Source of the DNA: an uncultured Holdemanella sp.
GTDB lineage: Bacteria > Bacillota_I > Bacilli_A > Erysipelotrichales > Erysipelotrichaceae
Assembly (NCBI RefSeq): GCF_934754935.1
Contig: NZ_CAKVJB010000008.1
Location: 5,591-69,590 of the forward strand
Length of the DNA: 64,000 nt
Reading direction: 5' to 3'
Shown here: in pieces, positions 49,570 through 60,394 of the stretch
Layout of the letters: every line of letters starts with the position of its first letter
Numbering within the stretch: position 1 is the stretch's first letter
Notes under the pieces: model-generated
What the model was told of the DNA's origin: nothing
What the model saw: the letters and a program-made list of their open reading frames with translations, nothing else
Database searches by the model: none
Translations under genes and position numbers: made by a program

Positions 49570-51642
49570 ATGAGAGATTATCAGAGTTTTGAAGTACGTA
49601 ACGTAAGTGTAATCGGACATAGTGGAGCTGGAAAAACAAGTGTTCTAGAAGCTATGTTGTACTATACAAAGGCAACAGATCGTTTTGGAAAAACAGCAGA
49701 AGGAAGTTCATTGATTGACTTTGATACAGAAGAAATTCGTCGTGGACTTTCTGTGTATACAACAATCGTACCAATTGAATGGGAAGATAGTAAAATCAAC
49801 TTTATTGATACGCCAGGTTATTTAGACTTTGTCGGTGAAAAACAAGGTGGTTTTGCGGTTGGTGATTCAAGTTTGATTGTAGTCAATGCCAAAGATCCTT
49901 TACAATCAGGAACTAAATTAGCTTATAAACAAGCGGTTGCTGAAAAGAAACCTACAATCTTCTTCATCAATAAGTTAGATGAAGAACACACAAGTTTTGA
50001 TGCAAGTTATCAAGCATTGCGTGAAGAATTTGGTAAGAGTGTTATTCCATTTGAAGTTCCCATCGTTGAAGATGGAAAGATTATTGGATCTGTAAATATC
50101 ATCAAAAATAAAGCTTGGTATTACAGTCCAGAATTAGCGGATAAACCATGTCCAGTTCCTGAATCTATGCAAGAAGAAGTAGCTCTTTATAAAGATCAGA
50201 TTGCAGAAGCTGTTGCGATGGGTGATGATGAATTAATGGAGAAATTCTTCTCTGGTGAAGAATTTAGTGATGCAGAATTAAAACGTGGGGTACGTATTGG
50301 TGTGCGTAATGGAGAAATCTGTCCAGTATATTCTGGTAGTGCAGTTAATTCAATTGGTATCCAACGTTTGATGGATTTAATTATTAGTTATTTCCCAACA
50401 TACTCAGAAAGAGGTATGTATACAGCTACAACTCCAAATGGTGTTAAAGTTGAATTGTTGACAAGTGAAACTGAAGTTTTAACAGCACAAGTCTTCAAAA
50501 CAATTGTTGACCCATTTGTTGGAAGAATTAGTTATGTCAAAGTATTGAGTGGTGTGCTTGCAGCTGATAGTACAGTTGTGAACGCCAATAATGGTAAACC
50601 AGAAAAAATCAGTCAGATCTATATTGTTAAGGGGAAACACCAGACTGCAGCTGGTAAATTGTTTACAGGTGATATTGGAGCTTTAGTTAAGTTACAAAAC
50701 ACAAAGACAAATGACACTTTATGCGATAAGGGTAAATTGTTGATGGCAGATCCAATTGTGTTCGATACACCAATGTATGGTCAGGCTGTTGTACCTAAGA
50801 CTAAAAATGATGAGGATCGTTTATCAAATGGACTTGCTCGTCTACAAGAAGAAGATCCAACATTTAAAGTTGTAAATAATCCGGAAACAAAAGAAACAGT
50901 GATTTATGGTATTGGTGATCAACACTTAGATGTGATTGTGAATAAGTTAAACTCAAAATTTAAAGCAGAAGTTGTATTGAGTGATCCAAAGATTACTTAT
51001 CGTGAAACCATCACAAAGACAGCTGTTGGTGAAGGTCGTCATAAAAAACAATCAGGTGGACATGGACAATTTGGACATGTATTTGTAGAATTTAGTCCAA
51101 ATCCTGATGAAGAAGAAATGGTATTCGCAGAAAAGGTATTTGGTGGAGCTGTTCCTAAACAATACTTCCCAGCTGTTGAAACGGGTCTTCGTGAATGCTG
51201 CCAAAAGGGTCCTTTAGCAGGATATAAGATGGTAAATGTGAAGACAACATTATTAGATGGTAAGTATCATGATGTTGACTCTAGTGAAATGGCATTTAAG
51301 ATGGCGGCTCACTTAGCTTATAAAGATGCGATGACTAAAGTTCGTCCAATCTTATTAGAACCAATCATGAATGTTAAGATTCGTGTTCCAGATGAATTTA
51401 CAGGGGCTGTAATTGGTGATTTGAATAAACGTAGAGGTTCAATCATGGGTATGACTCCAGTGGATTCAGATCAAGAAATTGATGCACAAGTTCCAATGGC
51501 AAATATGTCTAGATATTGTGTTGAATTAAGAAGTATGACAACTGGTTTAGGTACTTATACTATGGAAATGGATCGTTATGATCCAGTGCCAGAACCTTAT
51601 GCTTCAAGAGTCATTGAAGATAGTAAGAAAGATAAAGAATAG
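49570..51642 (+). CDS. Elongation factor G paralogue (EF-G2-like)
   Basis: Five-domain EF-G layout (KQSGGHGQ, YHDVDSSEMAF) with non-canonical GHSGAGKT, RGLSV, DTPGY. Confidence 0.9.
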   Translation: MRDYQSFEVRNVSVIGHSGAGKTSVLEAMLYYTKATDRFGKTAEGSSLIDFDTEEIRRGLSVYTTIVPIEWEDSKINFIDTPGYLDFVGEKQGGFAVGDSSLIVVNAKDPLQSGTKLAYKQAVAEKKPTIFFINKLDEEHTSFDASYQALREEFGKSVIPFEVPIVEDGKIIGSVNIIKNKAWYYSPELADKPCPVPESMQEEVALYKDQIAEAVAMGDDELMEKFFSGEEFSDAELKRGVRIGVRNGEICPVYSGSAVNSIGIQRLMDLIISYFPTYSERGMYTATTPNGVKVELLTSETEVLTAQVFKTIVDPFVGRISYVKVLSGVLAADSTVVNANNGKPEKISQIYIVKGKHQTAAGKLFTGDIGALVKLQNTKTNDTLCDKGKLLMADPIVFDTPMYGQAVVPKTKNDEDRLSNGLARLQEEDPTFKVVNNPETKETVIYGIGDQHLDVIVNKLNSKFKAEVVLSDPKITYRETITKTAVGEGRHKKQSGGHGQFGHVFVEFSPNPDEEEMVFAEKVFGGAVPKQYFPAVETGLRECCQKGPLAGYKMVNVKTTLLDGKYHDVDSSEMAFKMAAHLAYKDAMTKVRPILLEPIMNVKIRVPDEFTGAVIGDLNKRRGSIMGMTPVDSDQEIDAQVPMANMSRYCVELRSMTTGLGTYTMEMDRYDPVPEPYASRVIEDSKKDKE

Positions 51643-51680
51643 GACATACGTAAAAAGACAGCAAAAACAGCTGTCTTTTT

Positions 51681-52457
51681 CTATATAATTTCAAAATGTT
51701 TAAGTGCACTAACTATTCCATCTTCTTGTACAGAATCGGTAATATAGTCAGCTATAGCTTTTACATTATCTTTGGCATTACCCATTGCAACACCTGTCCC
51801 CACATAGTTCAACATGGAAATATCATTTCCACCATCACCAAAGGCCATGGCTTCATCCTTTTTGAAATTGTAGTAATCTAATATTTTTTGAATGCCTATA
51901 TCTTTTCCACCATTACAAGGAATGATGTCACAAGCTCTATCCCACCAACGAGCTACTTTTAATGTGGTTGTGTTTTCTAGAATCAATTCATCTTGATCTT
52001 CTGTCGTCGCAACCATCATTTGATAGATTTCCGCATCCATAAATTCATTAAACTCATCAATCACATGCACATGCTGATTAGCAATCATGAAATATTCTTC
52101 TAATACTTCATCATCAAAATTACATCCCATTTTATTGATTCCAGCTAAGGTAACAGCTTTATTTAATTTCTTGGCATTATCTACCAATGTTTGAATATCC
52201 GTTTTATCCATTGGATTTTTGTAAATCAATTCATTATTTGTGTAACAATAAGATCCATTAAAAGAAAGCACTCCATCAAATTCAATACCATGAAATTTAG
52301 GAACGACAAATGGTGGCCTTCCCGTAGCTAAAAAGATTTTAATGCCTTTTTCCTTAACTAAGTTTAATGCATCAACGAGTTCTTGGTGCATTTCTTTTTG
52401 ACCAAGTTCTAAAAGTGTGCCATCAATATCAAAAAACAATATTTTAATCATAATCAT
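51681..52457 (-). CDS. Cof-type HAD-IIB hydrolase
   Basis: FDIDGTL, ATGR, FGDGGND, AMGNA. Confidence 0.92.
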   Translation of the reverse strand: MIMIKILFFDIDGTLLELGQKEMHQELVDALNLVKEKGIKIFLATGRPPFVVPKFHGIEFDGVLSFNGSYCYTNNELIYKNPMDKTDIQTLVDNAKKLNKAVTLAGINKMGCNFDDEVLEEYFMIANQHVHVIDEFNEFMDAEIYQMMVATTEDQDELILENTTTLKVARWWDRACDIIPCNGGKDIGIQKILDYYNFKKDEAMAFGDGGNDISMLNYVGTGVAMGNAKDNVKAIADYITDSVQEDGIVSALKHFEII

Positions 52458-52539
52458 TTCTCCATTCTTTCCTATTTTAGCATTATTTTGGAAAAATTAT
52501 GAAAATTCTTGTATAATACAGAAATCAGGGAGGGTATAT

Positions 52540-54276
52540 ATGAGTACATTTAAGCGTTTTTTACAATATTATAAACCATATAAAGGAATTTTCTTTATGG
52601 ATCTATTTTGTGCACTTGTCATGTGTATTGTTGATCTTTCTTTTCCTTTGATCTTAAGTTATTGTACAGGACAATTCTTTTTGAAGGCATCCAATGAAAT
52701 CTTAAAAGGAATTATTATTTTAGGAATCGGTTTACTCGTTATGTATGTAATCCGAGCATTGTGTCGTTATTATGTAAGTTGTCAAGGCCATGTGATGGGA
52801 GCCAACATGGAAAGTGATATGCGACAAGACTTATTCAATCAATACCAACGTTTGTCTTTTTCTTATTATGATAAGCACAATACTGGGGTTATGATGTCTC
52901 GCGTTGTTTCAGACTTGTTTGATATTTGTGAGTTTGCACATCACGGACCTGAAAACTTATTTATTTCATTATTTAAAATTGTTGGATCATTCATTATTTT
53001 GGCAACAATCTATTGGCCATTGGCATTGATTCTTTTAGCTGTGACAGTCGTGATGATGGTGTTTAGTTATTCTCAAAACAAAAAGATGCGAAGAACCTTT
53101 ATGGAAAATAGAAAAAAGATTGGTAGTGTGAATGCAAGTCTGCAAGATTCTTTAGGTGGTATTCGTGTTGTTCAATCTTTTGCGAATGAGGATATTGAAA
53201 TTGATAAATTTAATCATTCGAATATGGAATTTTTGGAATCTAAAAAAGATAACTATCGTGTTATGGGTACGTTTCAAGGGGGAAATAATTTCTTCCAAGG
53301 ACTTTTATATGTCACAATCATTGTGTTTGGTGGATGGTTTATCGCAAATGGAGATTTAAATCCAATCGTACTTGCGACATTTGCCCTATATATTAATGTT
53401 TTTGTTTCGCCAATTGAAGTGTTGGTTGAATTTACCGAAATGTTCCAAAAGGGATTCTCTGGATTTAGACGTTTTGAAGAAGTTATGAATGAAATTCCTG
53501 AAATTCAAGATACTAAGGATGCCAAGGATTTAAAAGATGTTTCTGGAAATATTGATTTTGATCATGTATCTTTCCAATATAATGATAATGAAAAGGTTAT
53601 TGACGATGTAAATCTACACATCAAAGCCGGAGAAAAAATTGCCTTGGTTGGACCTAGTGGTTCTGGTAAGACTACACTTTGTTCATTGTTATCTCGTTTT
53701 TATGATGTCACAAATGGTTCGATCTCAATTGATGGCCAAAATATTAAGAATGTAACTTTGAAGTCGCTTCGTTCTAATATTGGTTTGGTGCAACAAGATG
53801 TATATTTATTTACGGGAACGATTGAACAAAATATCGCTTATGGAAGGCCTGGGGCAAGTCATGAAGAGATCGTAGAGGCAGCTAAAAAGGCGAATATCCA
53901 TGATTTTATCATGTCTTTACCTGAAGGGTATGATACTTTTTGTGGAGAAAGAGGTACGCGTTTATCGGGTGGACAAAAACAGCGTATTTCAATTGCGCGT
54001 GTTTTCTTAAAAAATCCTAAGATCTTGATTTTGGATGAAGCTACGAGTGCTTTGGATAACGAGAGCGAGCGTATTATTCAAAAGAGTCTAGAAGATTTAA
54101 GTAAGGATCGTACTTGCATTACCATTGCCCATCGTTTATCAACTATTCGTAATGCGGATGAAATCGTCGTAATCGATGCGACGGGTATGCATGAGCGTGG
54201 AACACATGATGAATTGATGAAATTAAATGGTACTTATGCGAAATATTATAAGCTTCAATTTGAGGGCTTAAATTAG
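52540..54276 (+). CDS. ABC exporter (TMD+NBD)
   Basis: GPSGSGKT, LSGGQKQR, LDEATS; ATG 52540 after GGAGGG. Confidence 0.92.
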   Translation: MSTFKRFLQYYKPYKGIFFMDLFCALVMCIVDLSFPLILSYCTGQFFLKASNEILKGIIILGIGLLVMYVIRALCRYYVSCQGHVMGANMESDMRQDLFNQYQRLSFSYYDKHNTGVMMSRVVSDLFDICEFAHHGPENLFISLFKIVGSFIILATIYWPLALILLAVTVVMMVFSYSQNKKMRRTFMENRKKIGSVNASLQDSLGGIRVVQSFANEDIEIDKFNHSNMEFLESKKDNYRVMGTFQGGNNFFQGLLYVTIIVFGGWFIANGDLNPIVLATFALYINVFVSPIEVLVEFTEMFQKGFSGFRRFEEVMNEIPEIQDTKDAKDLKDVSGNIDFDHVSFQYNDNEKVIDDVNLHIKAGEKIALVGPSGSGKTTLCSLLSRFYDVTNGSISIDGQNIKNVTLKSLRSNIGLVQQDVYLFTGTIEQNIAYGRPGASHEEIVEAAKKANIHDFIMSLPEGYDTFCGERGTRLSGGQKQRISIARVFLKNPKILILDEATSALDNESERIIQKSLEDLSKDRTCITIAHRLSTIRNADEIVVIDATGMHERGTHDELMKLNGTYAKYYKLQFEGLN

Positions 54277-54378
54277 CAGGCATGCAAATGTCTGCTTTTC
54301 TTGTATCTTTGAAAAAAAAGTGTTAAAATTTTATTTGTAAATGAAAGCGTTTTTCGCTTGTTTTAGGAGGAATTTATC

Positions 54379-56082
54379 ATGTTAAAAGGGATAGCAGCAA
54401 GTGCTGGTGTATCTGTAGCTAAAGTTTACAAATTGGAAACACCAAAAGTTGTTATTGAAAAGAAAGCAGGAGTAGCCCAAGAAGAAGTAAAAAAATTCGA
54501 AGATGCTCTAGAAAAAACTAAAAAAGATATCGAAGGAGTAAAAGAAAGAGCAGCTAAACGTTTAAGTGACGAAGAATTAGCTGTATTTGATGCTCACTTG
54601 ATGATGGCTGGTGACCCTGAATTAGCTGGTCAAATTAAAGCTATGATCGAAAATGATGGTGTAAATGCTGAATATGCAACTGAACAAGTAGCTAACCAAA
54701 TGGTTGAAATGTTCGAAAGCATGGATAATGATTATTTCCGTGAAAGAGCAGCTGATATTAAAGATGTTACTTTCCGTTTAAAATGTAACTTATTAGGATT
54801 GACAATTCCTGATTTAACAAGTATTGATGAAGATTCTATCATCGTTGCTCACGATTTGACTCCAAGTGATACAGCTCAGTTAAATGAATTTGTTAAAGGT
54901 TTCGCTACTGAAATTGGTGGTAAAACTTCTCACTCAGCTATCATGGCTAACTCATTGGAAATCCCTGCAGTTGTAGGATGTCCAGGTGTATGTGATGCAT
55001 GTAAAACTGGTGATACTTTGGCATTAGATGCATTAGATGGTGTTGTTGAAATCAATCCGGATGCAGAAACAATTGCTAAATATGAAGCTAAAGCAGCTGC
55101 TTATTTAAAAGAAAAAGAAGAATTAAAAGTATTAAAGAACGAAAAATCTGTAACTACAGATGGACACGAAGTTGAACTTGCTGGTAACATTGGTGGATTC
55201 AAAGATGTTGAAGGTGTATTAACAAATGGTGGTGAAGGTGTCGGATTATTCCGTACAGAATTCTTATACATGGATTCAGATCACTTCCCAACAGAAGATG
55301 AACAATTTGAAGCATACAAACAAGTATTAGAAGGTATGCAAGGTAAAAAAGTTGTTGTTCGTACATTAGACATTGGTGGAGATAAACACTTATCTTACTA
55401 TGAGTTCCCTCAAGAAATGAACCCATTCTTAGGATATCGTGCAATTCGTCTTTGCTTAAAAGAAACAGATATCTTCAAAACTCAATTACGTGCATTATGC
55501 CGTGCATCTGTTTACGGAAGACTTTGCATCATGTTCCCAATGATTGCTACAATTAAAGAATTTTGTGACGCAAAAGCAATCTTTGAAGAAGTTAAGGCTG
55601 AATTAATTGCTGAAGGTGTTGCAGTTAGTGACAGTATTGAAGTTGGTATGATGGTTGAGATTCCAGCTGCTGCTGTTCTTGCTGATCAATTTGCTAAATA
55701 TGCAGATTTCTTCTCAATTGGTACAAACGACTTGATCCAATACTCAATGGCTGCTGACCGTATGTCTGAACACGTTTCTTACTTGTATCAACCATACAAC
55801 CCAAGTGTATTACGTTTAGTTGCTAACACAATTAAAGGTGCTCACGAACACGGTAAATGGGTTGGTATGTGTGGAGCCATGGCTGGTGAACCACATGCAG
55901 TTCCTATCTTATTAGGTTTAGGTCTTGACGAATTCTCAATGAGTGCTACTCAAATCTTAAAGGCTCGTAAAGTTGTTAAATCTTTAAGCTATGAAGAAAT
56001 GCAAGGATTAGCTCAAGAATGCTTAAATAAAGACACTGCTGATGAAGTTTTAGAAACAGTTAAAACTAAATTGGGTGAATAA
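54379..56082 (+). CDS. ptsI: PTS enzyme I
   Basis: TSHSAIMA, GLFRTEF, NPFLGYR, FSIGTNDL. Confidence 0.97.
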   Translation: MLKGIAASAGVSVAKVYKLETPKVVIEKKAGVAQEEVKKFEDALEKTKKDIEGVKERAAKRLSDEELAVFDAHLMMAGDPELAGQIKAMIENDGVNAEYATEQVANQMVEMFESMDNDYFRERAADIKDVTFRLKCNLLGLTIPDLTSIDEDSIIVAHDLTPSDTAQLNEFVKGFATEIGGKTSHSAIMANSLEIPAVVGCPGVCDACKTGDTLALDALDGVVEINPDAETIAKYEAKAAAYLKEKEELKVLKNEKSVTTDGHEVELAGNIGGFKDVEGVLTNGGEGVGLFRTEFLYMDSDHFPTEDEQFEAYKQVLEGMQGKKVVVRTLDIGGDKHLSYYEFPQEMNPFLGYRAIRLCLKETDIFKTQLRALCRASVYGRLCIMFPMIATIKEFCDAKAIFEEVKAELIAEGVAVSDSIEVGMMVEIPAAAVLADQFAKYADFFSIGTNDLIQYSMAADRMSEHVSYLYQPYNPSVLRLVANTIKGAHEHGKWVGMCGAMAGEPHAVPILLGLGLDEFSMSATQILKARKVVKSLSYEEMQGLAQECLNKDTADEVLETVKTKLGE

Positions 56083-56133
56083 TTAGATTCGGGGTTCTAT
56101 TGAACCCCTTTTATTTTTTAGGAAGGGGAATAT

Positions 56134-57873
56134 ATGAAGCTTATATGGAAATATTTAATGAAATATAAGAAATGGTTTTTGTTGGATTTTATAAGTGTAT
56201 TCGGGTTTGCACTTGTAGAACTTGGAATTCCAACTATCATTTCAGATATGATCGACCATGGTATCGAAACACAAGATACAGCCTATTTATATAGTCGTTT
56301 TGGCTTGATGGCATTCATTAGTGTCATAGGAGTAAGTGGAGTCGTACTACTTGGTTATTGCTGTTCAAAAATATCCACAAATATTACGCGTGATATTCGT
56401 GATGATGTTTTTAAGCATTCACAATCTTTTTCTGCAGCTGAAATGGAAAAATTTGGTGTATCCAGTATGATTACACGTACGAATAATGATGCGTATCAAA
56501 TTATGTTATTTTTAAATGTCATCTTAAAATCTGCATTATTAACACCCGTTATGATGTGCGTTTCGGTTATGTTGATTTTAAAAATATCTTTACAACTTTC
56601 TTATGTCGTTTTAGCTACGATTCCCGTAGTTATTATAGGCGTAATTATTGTTGCCAAAGTGAGTGAGCCTTTGAGTGAGAATCAACAAAAATCAATTGAC
56701 CACATAAATCAAATTCTTAGAGAAAATATTACGGGTATTCGTGTGATTCGTTCTTTTAATAAACAAGAGTATGAAAAGAAACGTTTCTCGAATGAAAATG
56801 ATTTTTATCGCGATCAAAGCGCAAAACTATTTAAATTGATGTCTTGTACGGAACCATCTTTTTTCTTTTTGATGAATATCGCTACAGTCATTGTATATTA
56901 TTTAAGTTGTACTTTATTAAATACAAATGCCATCACTCTAGGAAATGTAGTGGCCTTTGTTGAATATTTATTCCACGTTATGATGTCTGTATTGATTTTC
57001 TGTATGGTATTTATGATGTATCCTAGAGCCAATGTATCGGCTAAACGTATTATGGAAGTGTTAGATACAAAACCAAGTATTGTCAATGATACAGATTGTA
57101 TTCCATTGGAATCTATTGAAACGTTAAGCTTCAAAGATGTTAGTTTCTCTTATGCAAATGGTGAAGAAGCTGTATTAAAGAATATTGATTTTTCATGTCA
57201 TAAAGGACAAAAGATTGCCGTGATTGGAAGTACGGGTTCTGGTAAGAGTACATTAGTCAAATTGATGAATCGTTTCTATGATGTAAGTCGTGGAACAATT
57301 GAAATTAATGGTGTGGATATTCGTAAGTATGATCTAGAGAGCTTGCACGCTCAAATTGGCTATGTTGCACAAAAGGCACATATGTTTAAGGGAAGTATCC
57401 GTTCTAATATTTGTTTTGGAAAACCAGAGGCAAGTGATGAAGAAATGGTCCATGCGGCTAGTGTTGCTCAGGCTAGTGATTTTATTTCCAAAAGGGAAAA
57501 TGGCTACTTGGATGAAATTGCAGAGGATGGAACCAACATTTCGGGTGGGCAGAAACAACGATTATCGATTGCTCGTGTCATCTTAAAAAAGCCTTCACTT
57601 TATATTTATGATGATAGTTTTAGTGCTTTAGATTTTAAAACGGATGCAACACTAAGAAAAGCGTTGAAACCTGAAGTCAAGGATGCAATCTTCTTTGTGG
57701 TTGCCCAAAGAATTTCTACGATCATGGATTCGGATATGATCATTGTCTTGGATGAAGGAAAGATTATAGGATTAGGTACGCATTCTCAATTGTTAAAAGA
57801 GTGCAGTGTGTATCAGGAAATTGCCCATTCGCAATTGACACAAAAGGAGTTGGATGATTATGAAAGAAACTAA
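56134..57873 (+). CDS. Heterodimeric ABC exporter subunit A
   Basis: GSTGSGKS, ISGGQKQR, YDDSFS. Confidence 0.92.
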   Translation: MKLIWKYLMKYKKWFLLDFISVFGFALVELGIPTIISDMIDHGIETQDTAYLYSRFGLMAFISVIGVSGVVLLGYCCSKISTNITRDIRDDVFKHSQSFSAAEMEKFGVSSMITRTNNDAYQIMLFLNVILKSALLTPVMMCVSVMLILKISLQLSYVVLATIPVVIIGVIIVAKVSEPLSENQQKSIDHINQILRENITGIRVIRSFNKQEYEKKRFSNENDFYRDQSAKLFKLMSCTEPSFFFLMNIATVIVYYLSCTLLNTNAITLGNVVAFVEYLFHVMMSVLIFCMVFMMYPRANVSAKRIMEVLDTKPSIVNDTDCIPLESIETLSFKDVSFSYANGEEAVLKNIDFSCHKGQKIAVIGSTGSGKSTLVKLMNRFYDVSRGTIEINGVDIRKYDLESLHAQIGYVAQKAHMFKGSIRSNICFGKPEASDEEMVHAASVAQASDFISKRENGYLDEIAEDGTNISGGQKQRLSIARVILKKPSLYIYDDSFSALDFKTDATLRKALKPEVKDAIFFVVAQRISTIMDSDMIIVLDEGKIIGLGTHSQLLKECSVYQEIAHSQLTQKELDDYERN

Positions 57874-59617
57874 GAAAATGAAGTTTAGTGAATGTTTATC
57901 TCATCTTTTTGTGTTTATTAAACCCTATCGTTTTAAGTTGTTATTTGGAATTTTAATGGTCATTACAGCACAGGTAACTTTCGCATTAAACCCAACTGTA
58001 GAAGGTATGATCACAACGCAATTAGCTCATGATATTTCATCGCATCAGCCAATTCAAATAGATAAAGTAGTACATATTTTATGTATCTTATTTACAATCT
58101 ATATTGTAAAGACAATATCACAATTTTTAATGGCCGTTTTTATGACGGATGCGATTCAAAAGACGATGTTTGATGTGCGTAATGCGATTGAAGATAAGAT
58201 TCATCATTTACCTGTATCTTATTTTGATCAGGAAAAGACAGGAGAGTTATTATCACGTATCACAAATGATGTGGATACATTATCGAATGCCCTGCAACAA
58301 ACTTTGTCACGAGTGATTTCGGCTATATGTACATTTACTTTTGTGTTATTTATGATGCTTCGAATTAATGTGTTAATGACATGCATTATTTTAGTGGCAT
58401 TACCGGTTATCGCGTTATTGTCAAAGTATGTAGTAAAAAAATCACAGCCACTATTTGATGATCAACAAAATACATTGGCCGATTTAAATGGTACAATCAA
58501 TGAATTGTATGATGGATATAGTGAGATTCTTTCTTATAATCAACAAGAACATGCTTTAAATCGTTTTGAAAAGGATAATGAGAGAATGCGTGTTTCTAGT
58601 TTTAAAGCACAATTTGTATCAAGCTTAATCAATCCATTATGTTCTTTGATTACCTATTTAAGTATTGGATGTGCTAGTCTTGTTGGATGTCTTCAAGTGT
58701 TAAATGGAACTATAGCTTTAGGTCAGCTACAAGCCTTTATTCGATATATCTGGCAAATCAATGATCCGATTTCTCAAATATCACAATTATCGAGTGCTGT
58801 ACAATCGGCCTTTAGTGCAATGTCTCGTTTATTTACATTTTTGAATCAACCGATTGAAGAGGATGTTGTATCTAAATGTCAAATTGATGAGGTATGTACC
58901 ATTGAATTTGATCATGTTCAATTTGGATATGATGACAATCTATTGATGAAAGATGTAAATATTGATGTACATCAAGGTCAAACTATCGCAATCGTAGGTC
59001 CTACAGGTGCAGGAAAAACGACTTTGACAAACTTATTGTTGCGTTTCTATGATGTGAAGGGCGGAAGTATTAAAATCAATGGAATCGATATTCGTGAATT
59101 GTCGTATCATGATTTAAGAAAACTCTTTGCGTTAGTACTACAAGATACATGGTTGTTTGAGGGTAGTATTGAACAGAATATTGCGTATGGAAATGAAAAG
59201 GCATTAAAGAATGAAATTGTTGAAGCCGCAAAACAAGCTAATGTCCATCACTTTATACGTACTTTAACGGATGGCTATGATACTTTGATCAATGAAGAGG
59301 GAAGTAATGTAAGTCAAGGTGAAAAACAATTATTAACGATTGCGCGTGCACTTATAAAGAATCCAGAAGTCTTAATTCTAGATGAAGCTACAAGTAGTGT
59401 GGATACTAGACTTGAAAGACGTCTTCAAGGTGCAATGGATCGAGTGATGGAAAATCGTACATGTTTTGTGATTGCACACCGTTTATCTACTATTATCAAT
59501 GCAGATAAGATCTTAGTTCTTGAACATGGGGATATCGTTGAACAAGGTACACATGAAGAGTTATTGAACTTGAATGGAGTATATGCAAGGTTGTATAATG
59601 CTCAGTTCGCAAAGTAA
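57860..59617 (+). CDS. Heterodimeric ABC exporter subunit B
   Basis: GPTGAGKT, VSQGEKQ, LDEATS. Confidence 0.92.
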   Translation: MKETKKMKFSECLSHLFVFIKPYRFKLLFGILMVITAQVTFALNPTVEGMITTQLAHDISSHQPIQIDKVVHILCILFTIYIVKTISQFLMAVFMTDAIQKTMFDVRNAIEDKIHHLPVSYFDQEKTGELLSRITNDVDTLSNALQQTLSRVISAICTFTFVLFMMLRINVLMTCIILVALPVIALLSKYVVKKSQPLFDDQQNTLADLNGTINELYDGYSEILSYNQQEHALNRFEKDNERMRVSSFKAQFVSSLINPLCSLITYLSIGCASLVGCLQVLNGTIALGQLQAFIRYIWQINDPISQISQLSSAVQSAFSAMSRLFTFLNQPIEEDVVSKCQIDEVCTIEFDHVQFGYDDNLLMKDVNIDVHQGQTIAIVGPTGAGKTTLTNLLLRFYDVKGGSIKINGIDIRELSYHDLRKLFALVLQDTWLFEGSIEQNIAYGNEKALKNEIVEAAKQANVHHFIRTLTDGYDTLINEEGSNVSQGEKQLLTIARALIKNPEVLILDEATSSVDTRLERRLQGAMDRVMENRTCFVIAHRLSTIINADKILVLEHGDIVEQGTHEELLNLNGVYARLYNAQFAK

Positions 59618-59626
59618 AAGTCTGAT

Positions 59627-60280
59627 TTAACTCAGACTTTTTTTGATGCCTTTGGCAATGGCTGTCGCAATATTGTTTGTATAATTCTTTAGATAATATA
59701 AATCCGAATCATCCGATATAAAACCCGCTTCAATTAATATGGCATCAACCTTATTGTTGGTAACGACATATAGTGGCGTTTCATTTGTATCCAATAGGCC
59801 TCGATTGGTTGAATAGTCTAATTGATCGAGTTGTGTAAGAATGGAGTTAGATAATTTGACTGTAGTCTTGTTCGTAAAATCGCAATAGATTTCATATCCA
59901 CTCGCATCATATTCGCTTGAATTTAAATGAATGGATATAAATAAATCGGCATTCTTTTTCTGAGCTAAATTACAGCGTGCCTGTAGATCTTTTTTATTGT
60001 CGCTTGGCCAAGAAACAGAATCGCTTGTACGCGTATATACAACATTATAGCCATAGGACTTGAGTTGTTTTCCAACAAGTAAGGCGATATCTAAATTGAT
60101 ATCTTTTTCATAATCATCAAAATTGCTGATTGAACCTACGTCATAGCCTCCGTGACCGGCATCAATCATTATGGTTTCTTTTGTACTTTTGGCAGAAACA
60201 TTCATATTTGTTTCATTGAGTAATGTATAGGTACATCCTATGCAGAAAGTGAGTAAAAGTGTCATTAATATTTTTTTCAT
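59627..60280 (-). CDS. N-acetylmuramoyl-L-alanine amidase (Amidase_3), secreted
   Basis: MKKIL signal peptide, IDAGHGG, EKDINL, ISIHLNS, LIEAGFI. Confidence 0.9.
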   Translation of the reverse strand: MKKILMTLLLTFCIGCTYTLLNETNMNVSAKSTKETIMIDAGHGGYDVGSISNFDDYEKDINLDIALLVGKQLKSYGYNVVYTRTSDSVSWPSDNKKDLQARCNLAQKKNADLFISIHLNSSEYDASGYEIYCDFTNKTTVKLSNSILTQLDQLDYSTNRGLLDTNETPLYVVTNNKVDAILIEAGFISDDSDLYYLKNYTNNIATAIAKGIKKSLS

Positions 60281-60310
60281 GGACTTATTAAAACATAGAT
60301 TTCTTAAATT

Positions 60311-60358
60311 ACTGTCCTTTAAAATTAAGTTAAAACTGTACATTTTAAAGGATACAGT
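60311..60358. promoter_or_regulatory. Inverted-repeat operator upstream of ECF S-component operon
   Basis: ACTGTCCTTTAAAAT ... ATTTTAAAGGATACAGT with an internal third ACTGT half-site. Confidence 0.5.
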
Positions 60359-60394
60359 AAAATGTTACTATAGGGACAAGTTTTAAAAAGGAGA

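Noticed and set aside
49570..51642. TetM/TetO ribosomal protection protein or canonical fusA
   Set aside because: G-motifs differ from both (no AHVDAGKT/RGITI/DTPGH), the domain IV motifs are EF-G-like, and it is not in the rpsL-rpsG operon
54342..54355. cre site before ptsI (TGAAAGCGTTTTTC)
   Set aside because: Plausible, but the conserved terminal CA is missing; not called
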